A stretch of 56,768 nt of DNA. Source: Ylistrum balloti (taxonomy: Eukaryota). Shown one piece after another: positions 28,296 to 37,869 of this stretch; the stretch's first letter is position 1; every line of letters begins with the position of its first letter. Made by a program: the position numbers and the translations under genes. The notes under the pieces were generated by a model. The model was not told the origin of the DNA and did not search any database. It saw only the letters and a program-made list of their open reading frames with translations. The stretch spans positions 1 to 56,768 of the forward strand of contig NW_026782945.1 of NCBI RefSeq assembly GCF_031769215.1, written 5' to 3'.

Positions 28296-28841
28296 TTAAG
28301 CGTTTCGTTTGTTAATATCTTCAACGCTCTTTTGGTATTCTTCTGGTGTTAAATCAAACATTTGACGCATTTCGTTCTGTGCACTGTTTAGAGATAGGCT
28401 TCCTGCTTCAGGATCTGGAACCTTTGCCTCTGGTGCGATTTCGGGTGTTGCATCAAAAAGCGCTGGCAACTGTTTAATAACAGCGTGATTAAGATCTAAA
28501 ACAGTTCCAGATTCATCACGATTCATTGCCATGTCTTCGTACTGCTTACGTGTTGCAGGTGTAATCTTCTTCTGCTCGACAGCATCATCGAGTATTTTTG
28601 TTAGCTCAGCTGTTTGCTGACCTAGCTTTTCCCGCTGAAGCTCTTCCTTAACTTCATTAAGTTCTAGCGTTAAGGCTGCACTTTTTTTCTGTTCGTCTTT
28701 AAGGTGTGAAACAGGTACATGATTTAAGTCAAGTGTTGTTTCTTGAGTACGACTGTTTTTGAGTTCACTGATTGCAGCAACAGCATCAGCAGGTGTTGCG
28801 TCAGCATTTAGTGATAACGCTGCTAAAATTTCAGGATCCAT
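28296..28841 (-). CDS. Internal scaffold protein (Mu gpZ-like) from an in-frame start inside I
   Basis: GAGGAG RBS then ATG (MDPEILAAL) at 28841; unaffected by the upstream frameshift. Confidence 0.65.
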   Translation of the reverse strand: MDPEILAALSLNADATPADAVAAISELKNSRTQETTLDLNHVPVSHLKDEQKKSAALTLELNEVKEELQREKLGQQTAELTKILDDAVEQKKITPATRKQYEDMAMNRDESGTVLDLNHAVIKQLPALFDATPEIAPEAKVPDPEAGSLSLNSAQNEMRQMFDLTPEEYQKSVEDINKRNA

Positions 28842-29341
28842 GCAAGACTCCTCATTGTTTAATTGGTTTAAGATTGCGCTATTGAGCGCCATATTTGGTA
28901 AGTTTGGAGCATTTGTTAGAGCAACAGAATGCAAGGATCGTACACGTCCAAGACGGTCACGACGAAACACAGGACTTAAAAAACGGTATTCACGTTCTTG
29001 GACAGAACGCTTACCAGCTTCATTAAGTGCTAGTCGTCCTTCGACAGCACCCTCAGATGTAACACGCACTTCTTCAATCCAGCCACGAGCTGGAGATTAT
29101 CTTCACCTTTATTACCCTTAAGTACAGTTGCGTGGTTAACGTCTAGAGGGATTGCTTGTTCAAACGCCTGCTTAACAGCTTGCGGTGTTGGGTTACTAAA
29201 CCGTCTCCCGTCTTGGCCACTAAAATTACCTGCGGGCACAAGAGTATGCCAGCGCTCATTTTCTGATGCTGTTACTTCAAAATTAAGCGATAGTGATACG
29301 GTATCGTATTCTAGTGCTGTTTCTGGCTGTGGTTTTGTCAT
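28296..29341 (-). pseudogene. Mu gpI-like prohead protease/scaffold, split by a 1-nt frameshift near 29095
   Basis: The 5' ORF has PAG.F.GQDGR and PLDVNH. The other frame has PARGWI, YRFLSPVF and SVALTN.PNL. The span is 1046 nt, one base short of a codon multiple. Confidence 0.85.
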
Positions 29342-29370
29342 ACCACCATCGTCCCACGGGATATGGACGA

Positions 29371-29399
29371 TTTATAGTGCAAGGTTGCACTATTTTAGT
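29371..29399 (-). promoter_or_regulatory. Dyad motif copy 1 upstream of the I/head operon (candidate Mor/C-type activator site)
   Basis: TTTATAGTGCAAGGTTGCACTATTTTAGT; 27/29 identical to 40842-40870; contains the ATAGTGCAA-NN-TTGCACTAT inverted repeat. Confidence 0.7.
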
Positions 29400-29646
29400 A
29401 GCTAGGTGTGACGGTAGAAAAATAGACCTAAGTCACCATGCCAGTCGTATGGTATTTCGTCAATTTAGGTGCATTTTTGCTAAAAAAGAGAGAATTGAAT
29501 GAGGGGCGGTTTTAAATGTTGTTGCATGTACGTTGCAAATCCCCTGCATCCATTGCAAGATTTTTAAAACTATCGTTGCCTAGGTTTAAAAAGATATGGC
29601 GTTTAAGGGCAGATTTGGGCGCTAATCACTAAAAATAAGTCGTTAG

Positions 29647-31377
29647 CTAATTTTCTATCCTAAAAAGTTTATCATTTTGAGATAAGCGAAGAACAATATT
29701 TTGTTGATTGTTTAATGTATCAGGTAACTTATCTTGAAGAATTGACGTAATAAATTGAATACCAACCTGATCAACATATTGGCCAATTTTAATTAGTTGA
29801 TTATCATGCATCAATTCTTTTTTATCAGTCAACAGGAAATGCATACAGGGGATTGTATTTTCATCAGCATAAAGGATATATGCAATATCAAAACAAGAGA
29901 CTTCACCTTGTTTTTTGCCTGAACTAAAGTTCAAACTAAAAACTCTAAACCGATAAATATTTCGTTTAGATTTTTTATGCTCAACTATATCCCAAGTTAA
30001 ACCATATTCTTCTCCATAAAGTTTTCTCGAGACTTCAGAAAAACATGTATTAAATTTGTTGATTTTCACCTCTAACTCTTTTTTAAATGAATCAGAGAAA
30101 AAGTAATCATCTATCCCATCTAAGTCTTTAGACAAACGCTCAATCTCATCATCAACCTCTATAATCTGTTTTAACTTTTGCTCTAATTCTCCTCTAATCT
30201 TATGCTTTTCGTTCAATTCAGAAATAATACTCTCTAGTTCTTCAAAAGCATCACCTTTAGTCATCCAATGCCGTAAACGTATTTCCTCTTTCTTAAGCTT
30301 ATCTACAGAACGATAGAGATCACTTATCTGAGTTTCAAGCTCTGGTAATTCTTTGGAAATAAAATCATATTGGTTTTTTAACATATCATTATGATAGGTT
30401 TGAAGATCAGAAAATGTCTTTTGCAACTCTGGAAAAAAACCTTGGGCTTGCTGGTATATTAGACGTAGCTTATTAATGTCTACCTGGCTATGCTGTTCTT
30501 TTAAATCATGTTGTGATTCAAAAATTAGCTCTCGCCATAACTCTTTCTGTGCAATTTGGGAAGACAACATATTTACTTCATAGTTAATCTCACTAATTCT
30601 AGTAATTGCCGTTTCACGATCTTTTGTTAAGCTAAGGCTTTGCTTTCGAGATAACAGTTTATTAATTTTGTTGTTATTAAGGGCAATAGCCGCCTGATAT
30701 GTCTGCCGTGTCTCACTTGATTCAAGCCGTAATTTAAAGCTCTTTTCTAGACTTAGCTGTTGCAAAAAATTCTGCCTAAGTTCGGACTTGTCATTTGGAA
30801 AGCCAAGCATAAACATATGTAGCGTTTCATATTCCACATCTGAAGTAAATACATCTAAGAACTTCAAAGTTGAAGCAAGGCTATGGTCATCGTATCTGAT
30901 ATTGTGACCAATAATTTGTTTAAATGTAGGTTTTTTTCCGTAGTGGCCAGGAAGTAAGATATCTGACAAAGCTTCTTCATATTTTTTATCTGTTAGATCT
31001 ACACCATCAATACGTTGAATTTTTTGATTTCTTTGCAAAAAGTTTCTTTGTATTTCTATCTCTCTAGAGCTTTCTTTATTTAAATCCTCTTTTAGCTTGA
31101 GAGAAACAGTTACATTTCGTGCTGGCTCCTGCAAAAAATCTTGAACACGTTTATAAACCCGCTTAGAATTCTCTGGATCTGTATATAGCTTTTTTTTATC
31201 ACCGCCAAGGCAAAAATGTATCAGCTTTAAAACTGTTGTTTTGCCAACATTATTGCCTGTTTCAGTACCTGTTTCAGTTAATGTTTCATCTACAATCAGA
31301 TTAAGACCAGAGACAAAGTTGATTTCACGAATCAGCTCACCATTGCCCGTTTCTATAGTCAGTGACTTTAAGAACAT
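29647..31377 (-). CDS. ABC-3C/Lamassu SMC-like ABC ATPase (DUF2326-type, LmuB-like)
   Basis: Walker A GNNVGKTT, long central coiled coil, signature FSSGKKQG, Walker B FLLTD, H-loop MHD. Confidence 0.85.
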   Translation of the reverse strand: MFLKSLTIETGNGELIREINFVSGLNLIVDETLTETGTETGNNVGKTTVLKLIHFCLGGDKKKLYTDPENSKRVYKRVQDFLQEPARNVTVSLKLKEDLNKESSREIEIQRNFLQRNQKIQRIDGVDLTDKKYEEALSDILLPGHYGKKPTFKQIIGHNIRYDDHSLASTLKFLDVFTSDVEYETLHMFMLGFPNDKSELRQNFLQQLSLEKSFKLRLESSETRQTYQAAIALNNNKINKLLSRKQSLSLTKDRETAITRISEINYEVNMLSSQIAQKELWRELIFESQHDLKEQHSQVDINKLRLIYQQAQGFFPELQKTFSDLQTYHNDMLKNQYDFISKELPELETQISDLYRSVDKLKKEEIRLRHWMTKGDAFEELESIISELNEKHKIRGELEQKLKQIIEVDDEIERLSKDLDGIDDYFFSDSFKKELEVKINKFNTCFSEVSRKLYGEEYGLTWDIVEHKKSKRNIYRFRVFSLNFSSGKKQGEVSCFDIAYILYADENTIPCMHFLLTDKKELMHDNQLIKIGQYVDQVGIQFITSILQDKLPDTLNNQQNIVLRLSQNDKLFRIEN

Positions 31378-31595
31378 AAGGTTACTTTTTGGTCTGAGCC
31401 ACAGATAGCAGTATCTATTAGAAACAACCAGTCAAGACATAATAAAAATAAATTAATAGACATTTTTTTAATACTGTTGACTCTTATATATAGCTCGTTA
31501 AGCTCCAAATTGTCTTCTTTTAGCAAAACTTCTAACAATATTGAGCTATTGTAATAAACACTATTTTCTGGATGGATATTATCAGGAATCAACAT
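31368..31595 (-). CDS. ABC-3C middle component (LmuC-like)
   Basis: 75 aa from ATG 31595 (MLIPDNIHPENSVYY...LCLDWLFLID); overlaps both neighbours. Confidence 0.8.
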   Translation of the reverse strand: MLIPDNIHPENSVYYNSSILLEVLLKEDNLELNELYIRVNSIKKMSINLFLLCLDWLFLIDTAICGSDQKVTLCS

Positions 31596-32550
31596 CTGCT
31601 TTTGGTGGCTTTTTAAAAATTTTACATCTAAGGAATGTGTCAACTACCAGTATCGCAGCACATAACCGAACTTCCTCTTCAGCAAGATCTATAACTTCAT
31701 TACGAGACGCAACATACGAAACAATGCCATCAATAGTATTTAAAAAACGTTTACTAGAAGTCAAGCTAGAGTCCGTGCTTAAATAATTATTCCGAATTTG
31801 TTCAATTACGGAAAGACTTTTATTATCACCAGCACTATCAAACTCATTATAGATAGCCTTAATACGTACTACTTGTAGACTATGCTCTTTTATTAATTCT
31901 CCAATATCGTCAAGCTCATTGTAATCAATTTTATCTTGAATTTGAATGGGTAGCACTTCTAAATTAGAAGAATCTATATTTAGGTCGTTCTGTGCCAATA
32001 TTTTAATAATTTTTGTAAGATTTGAAGGTAATCTATTTATAGAAGTAAAGGCACTAGGGCACTCTCTTTTAAAAAAACTAACTACCTTTTCTTGCCCCTC
32101 AATAGTCAAAGCTAAGATTGCTTTTTGTAATGAGGTAATGTCCAAAATATCTTTATTGAGATCAAATGGAACAGAATTGCTATTTTTAAGGTTTTGCAAC
32201 TTCTTTAAGTCAACAGCCTTAGATATTGACATAAATATAAATCTATATTGTCGGTATGATTCTGGAACTTTACTCAGCGACTCCTCAAGCTTAGATTTAG
32301 TATTCGTTGAAGAAACTTGAACCATGATTTTATTATCATCATCAATTAAGTCTATTCCAGGAACATTTTGTTGATCTACATTTAAATTTTTAAGACTATA
32401 CCCATATATAAGATTTAGCAATTCACAATAAAAGTATTCGGAAAAAACGTTTAGATCAAAAATACCCGCCCCAGCTCGAATTTCGACCTCACTGGCCAGA
32501 ATGCTAAAAACCCTACTAACTACAACTGAATTTTCTTGTCTTTGTTCCAT
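31582..32550 (-). CDS. ABC-3C/Lamassu effector (LmuA-like): SMEK-type N-terminal domain plus ABC-3C C-terminal domain
   Basis: DLNVFSE....LLNLIYGY.L.NLN...N.PGIDL.D....I.VQVS at the N-terminus; KIDYN...LVVDTF.RCKIF..P at the C-terminus. Confidence 0.8.
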   Translation of the reverse strand: MEQRQENSVVVSRVFSILASEVEIRAGAGIFDLNVFSEYFYCELLNLIYGYSLKNLNVDQQNVPGIDLIDDDNKIMVQVSSTNTKSKLEESLSKVPESYRQYRFIFMSISKAVDLKKLQNLKNSNSVPFDLNKDILDITSLQKAILALTIEGQEKVVSFFKRECPSAFTSINRLPSNLTKIIKILAQNDLNIDSSNLEVLPIQIQDKIDYNELDDIGELIKEHSLQVVRIKAIYNEFDSAGDNKSLSVIEQIRNNYLSTDSSLTSSKRFLNTIDGIVSYVASRNEVIDLAEEEVRLCAAILVVDTFLRCKIFKKPPKADVDS

Positions 32551-32664
32551 TAATATTTATACCCCTGCTTAAACATTACGTCGGCAATTGCAAGTCATTA
32601 TTAACGCCACAGACACCCGCCAGGCGAAAAAAATCAGCGTTGCTTTTTTTGTAGAACAAGATTT

Positions 32665-33858
32665 TTACCCTAGAACATTATTCGCAAAACCATCCAACAC
32701 TTCTCCGTCGCGAACACGCTTCTTTACGTTACCAGGATCCGTTTTTTCAAACAGCCTTAACGATGCTTGACCTTCCTCGATATTAGCCGAAACCATAACC
32801 ACCTCATCATCAACCTTACGAAAAAAGAATGCATGTCTATTTACTCTTACCAGTAAATCTGAATTGCTAAATACTTCCATAACACCTAAAAGCGGTAAGC
32901 CATCTTGAATAATACTGCTGGCGGCATGATGTTCTGTTAGCTGTATCATTGATTCTTTTAAGCCTAACGCTTTCTGCGACTTTTCAGTTAACACAGCTAC
33001 TGGAATACGTCCATTGCCGTTTCGCTTAGCTAGCTTTAGGAACGTATTTACATAACCACTGTCATGTAAATCCTGTATTGCAGTTCTTCTGGCCTGAGCT
33101 GGCAATGCCTCGATACGACCCGACAATGCATCTGTAACAAATCGTTTACGCGTTAGTCCAGGGTTTGTGTGCCAGCCTGGATCTACACCCACTGGAACAC
33201 GTACCTCTTCGCCTGTACGACGATTAACAACTGTTCTGTTTTTTAACCGAGGTTTACTCGGTTTTAAACCCATAGCCTTAAGCTGCCTGTCGCTAACTTG
33301 CGTAACTCTGCATTTACAACCATGGCCATTTGGTGGGAACAGGCGCTTCCAGATTGGATCATCGACATGAGCCACAAGAGGTCTTTCTGCCCATTTAACA
33401 TGTTGCTCTCGATGATTTTCACTAGGACCTAAACGGTAAACAAACCAAGGTCTTGTCTCTTTTGTACGCTGCGAGCGCTCATATTGGCCAGCAGCTCTAG
33501 CACTGCGAATATTGGCACGATAAATGGTTTTTAAACGACGTGGACTACCTAATTCTGCAAGTTGCTTTCGTCCTGTTATTGGATCTGTAACTTGCCTAAC
33601 ACCGTACCAGCCTTTCTTTTCTAATAGCGGCTGCAAGCCCTTTTGAAATTGTCTTAGGGTTTGACCTTCTTTAATTGCTACCCGTAGCGCACCTCGAATA
33701 TCTTCTAAAACATCAAAGCCTACTGTTTTAGCAACCGTAAAGGCATGATGATGCTCTTCTGCAAAGACATCTAGATAACTAAAAGATGGCTTAAGTTGTT
33801 TATTACGTAAAAACTGTAATGCATCTTTTGGGACTGGCGGTGTAAACGGTCTTGGCAT
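32665..33858 (-). CDS. Mu gpF (gp30) minor head protein with C-terminal extension
   Basis: HHAFTVAK, LQP.L..KGW.G, GSPRRLKTIYRAN, HREQH, PPNGHGC.C.V motifs; about 130 extra C-terminal residues. Confidence 0.9.
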   Translation of the reverse strand: MPRPFTPPVPKDALQFLRNKQLKPSFSYLDVFAEEHHHAFTVAKTVGFDVLEDIRGALRVAIKEGQTLRQFQKGLQPLLEKKGWYGVRQVTDPITGRKQLAELGSPRRLKTIYRANIRSARAAGQYERSQRTKETRPWFVYRLGPSENHREQHVKWAERPLVAHVDDPIWKRLFPPNGHGCKCRVTQVSDRQLKAMGLKPSKPRLKNRTVVNRRTGEEVRVPVGVDPGWHTNPGLTRKRFVTDALSGRIEALPAQARRTAIQDLHDSGYVNTFLKLAKRNGNGRIPVAVLTEKSQKALGLKESMIQLTEHHAASSIIQDGLPLLGVMEVFSNSDLLVRVNRHAFFFRKVDDEVVMVSANIEEGQASLRLFEKTDPGNVKKRVRDGEVLDGFANNVLG

Positions 33859-33860
33859 TA

Positions 33861-35465
33861 CTAGCCACTATCGCGCACATCACCAACGCTACGCGCCGCG
33901 AGCATTGCGCTTGCTAGTTCTTTAGCTAATGGATTTATATCTAGATCTAATTCAAGTAGTGCTGTTTCTAGCTCTTCAAGGTTTTGAGCATTAGCAATCA
34001 CTTCTTTTATGGGATCAAGAATAGGATCCATCTGTTCTTGCCAATCAGACAGTCCCATCTCTTCTAATTCTTCGTCTAGCGTTGCTTGTTGTTCTGGATT
34101 ACCGCTATCAATGGCTGCATTGTTAGCACCTGCAAGTAATGCCTCTATGTTTTCTAATCGTTGATTAATGGCTAATGTCGTCTCCGTTGGTGCAGGGGCG
34201 GCTTGTGCTACGGGTGCTTTTACTTCGGGGGTTAGTAGTTCGTCGTCAGCCTCTGGTGCTTCTAAGCCAAATTTCTCATTGAGTTGTCGTTACGATACTT
34301 TAAAACCGCGATCAATCATTGGACCGACTGCTTGACTAAACGTCTTGATATCTTCAGGATCACGAACCGGTAGCAAAATCTCTGGATAATTTTCCTGTGG
34401 TCCATAATTAATATCAATATATGGCCTGATTAAATCACGATTCAAGGTAGCTGCAAGCTGTTTTGCGTCGCTACGCTTAATCTCTATTCTGATGTCATCA
34501 TGGACTTTTGCTTGACCTAGACTACTACCATCATCAGTAGTCATAGTCTGACCAAGTACAGTTTTACTAATTTGTTTATCGCAGTAGGTAGCTAAACGCT
34601 CAAACACATCTGCTGCTGCTTGGCCACCAACAGCTTCTAAAAGCTCAATCTCCATTGACTTATGAATAACCGCACCAGCATCACTACCTAAACTATGAAT
34701 TGCTTCAATTAAGGTCTGAATATCATCTTCACTAGCACCTTGACCATAACGACCAATCTTAATCGGGATACCAAAGACTTCTGCAAACGCTAGCCAGTCT
34801 TTGATGGTATAGTTTTGAAAGAGGTAATACCACGCAGCAGGCAATGCTAGCCCGCCACGAATCGGATGACCGCATTTTAGCTTAGGAATATGACAAATAA
34901 ACTTATAGGCTGGCAGCTCCAAACCCTGAACTAAATCTGCCTCATCACGAATACGTAATTCGTTTTTACGTTCAGGATGAAACATAAAAGAGCGTGGATC
35001 ACGTCTTTCATACGTAGGCCACCATTTAGATCTACTAGACTCCCAGACAAGCTCAACAAGAGCATAACCTTTACCAAAGGCATCTAATAAATTATCGAGC
35101 ATTGGCTCAAACTCAGGGCCAGAAGCCAATCGTTCTACATCTTCAGCAATAGCTAAGCTTTTTGCATCATCGCCGCCAGGCTGCACAATTGGTTCAATAC
35201 CCGTTACTGCAACACGTCGCATGCTTAAAACACTACGGTAATGGGGATATCGTTCCTCCATTTCTTCTGCTAGTGTTAAGTAATCGCGGGTATTATTGGT
35301 GCTTGTTGCTTCTCGTAAAATACGAGTTAATCTAGCTGGTGTCAGTCCAGACGCTATAGCGTCCTGCCAAAAACTACGTACCCCTAAATGACTAGGCTGT
35401 GCAATTTTTTGTTTTAGCAGTTCTTTTTTAATGGGTTGATTGCGATAGTCATACAACATTACCAT
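33861..35465 (-). pseudogene. Portal protein (Mu gp29/DUF935 family) interrupted by an in-frame TAA at 34290-34292
   Basis: F.E.FG.P..IG.YG..A and ISK.VLGQTMTTD motifs. The same frame stays open after the TAA (RQLNEKFGLEAP...) and joins ORF 33861-34058, for 534 aa if read through. Confidence 0.88.
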
Positions 35466-35480
35466 ATTGTCTAAGCTCCT

Positions 35481-37079
35481 TTAATACGCACCACGCAGGC
35501 TACCAATTCCGCTTTTACCTCTGCGTACTTGCCTGTGGCTGCGGTCTTGGTGATTTGGACGCATCCAATCGCGTGCGCTGTCTTGATGCAAGCTATGATG
35601 CTCGTATACTTCTATTTCTAAAGAGGTGGAATAACTTAAAAGCGCCAAAGCAATCGCGCTATCACCATGACGAAGTCCGCCGTCAGCACCACGAAACCTA
35701 GCATCACTGGGTATACTGGTAACACCTTTGTCTGTTTTAAGTAGTCGTAAATCTTTTAAAATATCGCTATCTTGTGGTAGCTCAATTGTCGCATCACTAA
35801 AACGAGCTAAAAACGGTGGCATGTTTTCTTGGTACCACTTAGGCGTTAGCATCACCTGTTCAACACGATTATGATCAAACTGATCTGCGGCCTCTTCTGC
35901 AATCTGGCTACCATTACCACGGGCATCAAAAGCTGCTTTTACAAAACGAGGTAGCCGTTCTAAAACAAACTCAATAACCTGGTATTGCTGTCTAAAAGGT
36001 ATGGTTCTGAGTTCAATGATCAGCGGTACAGTTAATACAAGATCACGTCGCATCTCCCCAATTGCAAGCACTGTTAAGTCTCCCGTACGTCCAAAGTCTT
36101 CACCTAGATAATGATCTAAACGTGGGCTGAGACGTGCTAGTATTGGCTCGACTTGCAAGGCTAGCCATTCTTGGATTTCTTGACGACGGACAGGCTCTGG
36201 TAATAACTTCCAATCATCTGGCCTTGAAAACCGTAAAACAGGTGCTGACTGCATACGTGCTTCAATAAGTGCTCGCGATAATGCCGCACCACCTGATTGC
36301 GATGGAATACAAAATAGCTCTTCGTCTGCACCAGAACCATAAAAATCAATAATTTCTTGCCGCCAAGCTTCTTGTGCTTTAGGTGACCAATCTCGACCGG
36401 TTACCTGAAAGATACGCTTACAGAGTCCTTGATCAATTGCGTCATCGAGTGTTACGCGGTGAAGCCTGTAAGGTTTTCTGCCTTCTTTAACATCGTTGAT
36501 TAAGTCATTAAACGGATTATCAACACCATTATGAGTTGAGATAATAGCAACACAGCCACCCCACATTAAAAAAGCCATAGCTGCCTTAATAACTTCTTCG
36601 GGATTATCATGGAAAGCGGCCTCATCAAAGCAGAACCTACCTTGTTTACTACGCAGGTTTCTCGCATGTCCAGATAATGCTTCAACAACATGGCCGCTAT
36701 CAAAGTTAACCTTAAAGACATGAGAGCTTTTATCTTCGTCGCCATCTTTCCAGACTTCTTCATATTCTGAGACATTAGAGACTGCAGCATTGTAGATACC
36801 AGCCCAAAACACGGCATCACGAATATACTGCTGTGTCATATCTTTGTTATAGGCCATGTAATAACAATTCATACCGCCTGCAGTTTTGTTTTTCATGGCC
36901 ACAAAGGTTGCCTTAGCAGCATCTACCCAGCTAATACCTGTACGACGCGATTTTTCCATAATGTCGACTTGCGAGGTGCTAGAAAACCATCTTTTTTGAT
37001 AATCCAAAAGCAGAGATTTTGGATCGTAGTTATCTAAATAACCTTTAGGTAGGTTTTTAAGATCGAGGGGCTTGTTCAT
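35481..37079 (-). CDS. Large terminase subunit (Mu gp28 family)
   Basis: EKSRRTGISW (Walker A), FDEAAFH (Walker B), ISTHNG, G.DFGRTGD, HGD...ALAL. Confidence 0.95.
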   Translation of the reverse strand: MNKPLDLKNLPKGYLDNYDPKSLLLDYQKRWFSSTSQVDIMEKSRRTGISWVDAAKATFVAMKNKTAGGMNCYYMAYNKDMTQQYIRDAVFWAGIYNAAVSNVSEYEEVWKDGDEDKSSHVFKVNFDSGHVVEALSGHARNLRSKQGRFCFDEAAFHDNPEEVIKAAMAFLMWGGCVAIISTHNGVDNPFNDLINDVKEGRKPYRLHRVTLDDAIDQGLCKRIFQVTGRDWSPKAQEAWRQEIIDFYGSGADEELFCIPSQSGGAALSRALIEARMQSAPVLRFSRPDDWKLLPEPVRRQEIQEWLALQVEPILARLSPRLDHYLGEDFGRTGDLTVLAIGEMRRDLVLTVPLIIELRTIPFRQQYQVIEFVLERLPRFVKAAFDARGNGSQIAEEAADQFDHNRVEQVMLTPKWYQENMPPFLARFSDATIELPQDSDILKDLRLLKTDKGVTSIPSDARFRGADGGLRHGDSAIALALLSYSTSLEIEVYEHHSLHQDSARDWMRPNHQDRSHRQVRRGKSGIGSLRGAY

Positions 37080-37869
37080 TAAAAAGCCTCTCGCAGAATC
37101 AAGACTTGTTTTAATTTATTTTTCTTACCGTTGCCACGATTACCAATACCCATAGGTGTCGCAACTTCAATAAACTGGCAGCCCTGATACAGCTCCCGAA
37201 TAAATGGATCATCGTCGTAACTCACAATAAAGCTACCCTGCAATCTTAAAACAGCATCCCTTAAACAAACATGTTCTTCTTTGCTAAAAGCATAGTCGTA
37301 TTGCAGACCTTTTATATAGGGCGGATCAAGAAAAAAAACGCGCCATCATAGTCATATTTCTTTAAAACCTCTTGCCAAGGTAAGTTTTCAATTGTTACAC
37401 GATCAAATCGCCCGTATACGCGACGCAGTACTTTTTGTTTTTCCTGCCTAGAGCTACAACCTTGTTTTTTGCTGATGCCAAAATGACTGCCTTGCCCACC
37501 AAAAGACATCTGGTTACATAAATAAAAACGGGCAGCTTGTTGAATATCTGTTAAACCAGGACGCTCTAGATACTCTAAAAATTCTTGACGACTATGGGGT
37601 ACTAGATCTATTTCATCTATGAGGGCTTCGTAATGATATTTCAAACATCTAAAAAAGGTAACCAGATGATTATTGATGTCGTTATAGATTTCAACTTTTG
37701 AAGGTTCTTTTTTAATTAAGACAGACGCACCGCCACCAAATACTTCTACATAGGTACGGTGTTCTGGTATCAGAGAGGCTATCTGTTTAAATAGTAATGC
37801 CTTGCCACCTGGCCACCGAATGGGTGAACGCAGTGTTTTCATGTTTGGCAGTTTATGTTTTGTCATCAC
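37079..37869 (-). pseudogene. DNA adenine methyltransferase (Dam/D12 family), frameshifted at a T8 tract
   Basis: W.GGK, YVEVFGGGASV, EIYND.N in the annotated frame. LDPPY and SYDD are in the -1 frame after T8 (37331-37338), whose TAA overlaps the terminase ATG (TAATG). Confidence 0.88.

Noticed and set aside
34290-34292. Stop-codon reassignment (TAA=Gln) in the phage
   Set aside because: Only one internal TAA was found. TAA ends normal-length genes such as the terminase and the capsid, so a point mutation is simpler.
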